From positions 71,475-135,474 of the forward strand of contig JAZDFC010000039.1 in NCBI GenBank assembly GCA_043808235.1: a DNA stretch of 64,000 nucleotides, written 5' to 3'. The notes beneath the pieces are model-generated. The model was not told where the DNA came from and made no database searches. It saw only the letters and a list, made by a program, of their open reading frames with translations. A program made the translations under genes and the position numbers. Shown here piece after piece: positions 60,533 through 64,000 of the stretch. Positions within the stretch are counted from its first letter, which is position 1. Every line of letters begins with the position of its first letter. Source of the DNA: a bacterium (GTDB taxonomy: Bacteria > Bacteroidota > Ignavibacteria > Ignavibacteriales > Melioribacteraceae).

Positions 60533-61816
60533 ATGTCGCACGTAACAATAAAGTCTGCATATAAAAATTTAGTTGACCGGATAAACCGGTTTCCGCAGGG
60601 TGCGCCGCCTTCCGAGTTGTTGTATAAAATTCTTCAGCTATTATTTTCAGAGAAAGAAGCGGAATTTGTATCGCTTCTGCCTATAAAACCATTCACCGTA
60701 GAAACTGCTGCGCGTTCAACAAAGAAATCGTTGGTGGAAACACAAAAACTTCTCGATGAACTTTCATCTAAAGGAATATTGATGGATGTTGAAATGAATG
60801 GAAAATCCGAATATACACTTCCCCCGCCGATGGCGGGCTTCTTCGAGTTTTCGATGATGCGTATCAGAAATGATATTGATCAAAAAGTATTAGCTGAATT
60901 GTTCTATCAATATTTGAACGTGGAAGAAGATTTTATAAAACAACTTTTCACAAACGGCGAAACGCAGTTAGGTAGAGTGTTTGTAAATGAAAACGCTGTA
61001 AGTGAATCGAACAAACTCGAGGTGCTTGATTACGAGAAAGCGACCGAAGTAATTCAAACCGCAAGTCATAGAGCTGTTGGAGTTTGTTACTGCCGGCATA
61101 AAATGGAACATCTCGGTAAAGCATGCGATGCACCGATGGATATTTGCATGACATTCAATGACGCCGCAGAGTCATTATCAAAGCATAAAATTGCGAGAGC
61201 GATAGATGTTAAAGAAGGAATGGATTTACTTCAATTAGCTTATGAAAAGAATCTTGTTCAGTTCGGCGAGAATGTAAAACGGGGAGTTTCTTTTATCTGC
61301 AATTGCTGCGGGTGCTGCTGCGAAGCGATGCTTGCCGCCAAACGGTTCGGTATGCTTCATCCGGTGCATACAACAAATTATCTTCCTGAAATAAAAATAG
61401 AAAACTGCACGGGCTGCGGTAAGTGTGTCGAGATTTGTCCGGTAGAAGCAATGACCCTTGTTTCCGCTAATGATCCGGTGAAGAAGAAAAAGAAAAGAGC
61501 AAAATTAAATGAAGAGATTTGTCTTGGCTGCGGGTTATGTGTTAAGGCATGCACAGAGAATGGAGTCAAATTAATCGAAAGGAAACAAAGAGTAATTACT
61601 CCATTGAACGGAGTCCACAAAGCAGTAATGATGGCTATTGAGAGAGGCAAATTCCAGAACTTGATATTTGATAACCACGCGTTGTGGAACCACCGCGCGA
61701 TGGCTGCAATACTCGGAGTAGTTCTAAAACTGCCGCCAATAAAACAAGCTCTTGCAAGCAAACAAATCAAATCGCGTTACTTCGAATATTTGTTGAGCAA
61801 ATCGCCATCAAATTGA
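60533..61816 (+). CDS. Fe-S protein with a 4Fe-4S dicluster ferredoxin domain and an additional Cys-rich motif
   Basis: CTGCGKCVEICP and CLGCGLCVKAC ferredoxin motifs, plus an unusual CNCCGCCCE cluster and CYCRH. Confidence 0.55.
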   Translation: MSHVTIKSAYKNLVDRINRFPQGAPPSELLYKILQLLFSEKEAEFVSLLPIKPFTVETAARSTKKSLVETQKLLDELSSKGILMDVEMNGKSEYTLPPPMAGFFEFSMMRIRNDIDQKVLAELFYQYLNVEEDFIKQLFTNGETQLGRVFVNENAVSESNKLEVLDYEKATEVIQTASHRAVGVCYCRHKMEHLGKACDAPMDICMTFNDAAESLSKHKIARAIDVKEGMDLLQLAYEKNLVQFGENVKRGVSFICNCCGCCCEAMLAAKRFGMLHPVHTTNYLPEIKIENCTGCGKCVEICPVEAMTLVSANDPVKKKKKRAKLNEEICLGCGLCVKACTENGVKLIERKQRVITPLNGVHKAVMMAIERGKFQNLIFDNHALWNHRAMAAILGVVLKLPPIKQALASKQIKSRYFEYLLSKSPSN

Positions 61817-61842
61817 GCTGGAATATTCACGGCTAACAATTC

Positions 61843-63726
61843 TTACAAACTATTTTTAATTTGCTCCAGTTCTTCCCATCGCCGGTATAATTTGCTCACC
61901 TTTGCTTTTGCCTGTTCGAGTTGTTGGTTTAATTCGTTCGTTTTGGTCGCATACTTTTCATAATAATCCGGTGAGGAAAAAATTGCCTCAACTCTTTCAA
62001 CTTCCGCTTCAGCGTTCATTATGTCTTCTTCAATTGTTTCGAGTTCTTTCGTCTCTTTCCACGAAAGTTTTTTAACTTTTGTTTTTACACGTGTGTCTTC
62101 TTTTTTTGTTATGACATTTTCTATCTTATTCTTGTTCATTCTCTTATTCTTCTTCTCAATGTAATAATCGTAATTACCTTCGCTGAAATGAACTTCGCCG
62201 TTATCTTCGAATGCGAGAATGCCGTTGCAAACACGATTCAGGAAATATCTATCGTGACTCACAACAACAACACATCCGTCAAATCCGATAAGCGCTTCTT
62301 CGAGAACCCGGAGTGTTGGGAGATCGAGATCGTTTGTAGGCTCGTCGAGCATTAAAAAATTACCGCCGTTCTTTAAAATTCTCGCAAGAGTAAGCCTGCT
62401 CTTTTCGCCGCCGGATAATCTTCCAACAAGTGTGTTAATTCTGTCATCGGTGAAAAGGAATCGACGAAGATATGTCCACACACTCAATTGCAATCTCCCG
62501 AATTTAATCATATCGTTTCCTTCGCCGATTGCATTAATCACAGTATCATCATCATTCAAAAGCAGACGCGATTGATCAACGTAATTGAATTCGGTTTTCT
62601 CACCAATATCTATCTTGCCTGTTGTAGGTTCAAGTTCGCCAAGCATAACTTTTAATAATGTTGTTTTACCTACACCATTTTTTCCGATGAGGCCGAGACG
62701 TCTGCCGGGTTCGAAGTTAAAAATCAAATTAGAAAAAAGTTTTTGCCCGCCAAGCTCCTTTGAAATGTTTTTTAGCTCGACAACTTTGTTGCCCAATTTT
62801 TCCGGTGTCGGTATTACCATTTCAACATCAAGCTCAGCTTCAAAACCTTGCTGCGATGCGACCTCATTATAATTATCAAGCCGGCTTTTTGCTTTTGTTC
62901 TGCGTGCTCGCGGACCCCTCAAGACCCAATTCAATTCACGACGTAAAAAGTTTTGGCGCTTTTGTTCTTCAATTTCTTTTACTGCCTGTCGCTGAGCTTT
63001 GTTAAGTAAGTAGTCCGTATAATTACCCTGATGCGAAAAGAAAACTCCCGATGACAACTCAACTATTCGCGTCGCGATTCTGTCTAAGAAGTAGCGGTCG
63101 TGCGTAACAAAGATACATGTGCCTTTGTAATTCGCAAGAAAGTTTTCAATCCACTCAATCGAATCCGTATCGAGGTGATTTGTAGGTTCATCAAGAATTA
63201 ATAAATCAGGCTGGGAAATTAGAGCGCGGCAAAGCGCCACACGTCGTTTCTCACCACCAGAAAGTGTGAAAATGTTCCGCTGCAAGTCCGGGGCGCTCAA
63301 AGATTTTGTCAGCAGAGAAATCTTTCGTTCGAGATTCCATCCATCAAGTTGCATTATTCTTTCCTCGAGCAAATGCCGTCTCGGCGAATCATGCGATAGT
63401 TGCTCGTATTCAGCAAGTAGTGTTAAAACTCTCTCTGCGCCGTCAAGGATATTTCCATAAACAGTCTTCGTGTTATCGAGAGTAAATTCCTGCGATAAAA
63501 ATCCAATCACCAAATCTTTCTTCTTCGCAACTTCGCCGGAATCCGCGGGCATTAGTCCTGAAATGATTTTAAAGAATGTAGATTTGCCCGCGCCGTTCCT
63601 GCCGACTAATCCGATCCGGTCGCCTTCGTGAATACTCAAGCATGCTTTATCAAGAATTATTTGCTCGCCGAAATGGACTTCGATATCGGTTGCAGTTAGT
63701 ATTACGGGATTTACGTTGTTATCCAT
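61843..63726 (-). CDS. ABC-F family ATPase (Uup/EttA-like) with C-terminal coiled coil
   Basis: Two tandem ABC cassettes (GRNGAGKST / GKNGVGKTT Walker A, LSGGE signatures); no TM domain; coiled-coil tail. Confidence 0.85.
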   Translation of the reverse strand: MDNNVNPVILTATDIEVHFGEQIILDKACLSIHEGDRIGLVGRNGAGKSTFFKIISGLMPADSGEVAKKKDLVIGFLSQEFTLDNTKTVYGNILDGAERVLTLLAEYEQLSHDSPRRHLLEERIMQLDGWNLERKISLLTKSLSAPDLQRNIFTLSGGEKRRVALCRALISQPDLLILDEPTNHLDTDSIEWIENFLANYKGTCIFVTHDRYFLDRIATRIVELSSGVFFSHQGNYTDYLLNKAQRQAVKEIEEQKRQNFLRRELNWVLRGPRARRTKAKSRLDNYNEVASQQGFEAELDVEMVIPTPEKLGNKVVELKNISKELGGQKLFSNLIFNFEPGRRLGLIGKNGVGKTTLLKVMLGELEPTTGKIDIGEKTEFNYVDQSRLLLNDDDTVINAIGEGNDMIKFGRLQLSVWTYLRRFLFTDDRINTLVGRLSGGEKSRLTLARILKNGGNFLMLDEPTNDLDLPTLRVLEEALIGFDGCVVVVSHDRYFLNRVCNGILAFEDNGEVHFSEGNYDYYIEKKNKRMNKNKIENVITKKEDTRVKTKVKKLSWKETKELETIEEDIMNAEAEVERVEAIFSSPDYYEKYATKTNELNQQLEQAKAKVSKLYRRWEELEQIKNSL

Positions 63727-64000
63727 TTACAATTTTGTCATTATTATGATTGATAAAATATCATTGGAAAGCCAAAGATTCTATCTAATTTTTATATGTT
63801 GATTTTACTTTGGCTCTGGTTGTTCATGAATTCTCAAGTAATCTTTTCTTAGTGGTCGCTATTTTCTAAAAAGAAAGAAAAACCAAAGATATACCACGAA
63901 GGCACTAAGCGCACGAAGAATCACTAAGAATTTTTTGACTTCATCCCGAGAGGTTAGTCGTAACTTAAATTTTTATCAATCCATTTTGCCTGGTCACACT

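Overview
AT-rich chromosomal segment from what looks like an FCB-group bacterium (Bacteroidota/Ignavibacteriota-like). The lineage call rests on two cargo proteins with T9SS type-A C-terminal sorting domains, a Fibrobacter-succinogenes-major-paralogous (FISUMP) domain protein, a BatA-like protein and a SusC-like TonB-dependent receptor. The window mixes housekeeping genes (hflX, a hutH-like MIO lyase, pyruvate dehydrogenase E1/E2, an ABC-F ATPase, acyl-ACP thioesterase, an AmgK/MurU-like cell-wall recycling pair) with a very large secreted/surface complement. The most unusual elements are: (i) a 2956-aa protein built from 11 lamin-tail-domain (LTD) units, mostly alternating with CARDB-like domains, with near-identical ~819-bp tandem repeats, next to a B12-binding radical SAM enzyme; (ii) a tight minus-strand operon of flotillin, two tandem paralogous 2-TM proteins and a DUF3267-type HExxH membrane protein; (iii) a MntA/HepT-like nucleotidyltransferase–HEPN toxin-antitoxin pair whose HEPN gene has an in-frame TAG; (iv) an APH-family sugar kinase (AmgK-like) fused to a RapZ-C-terminal-like domain beside a MurU-like nucleotidyltransferase; (v) a ~124-bp direct repeat that duplicates the 3' end of a dinD-like gene and brackets a ~7-kb block of three surface-protein genes. 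No rRNA, tRNA or CRISPR array was detected. All calls rest on motif recognition by eye in the supplied translations; no database search was run.
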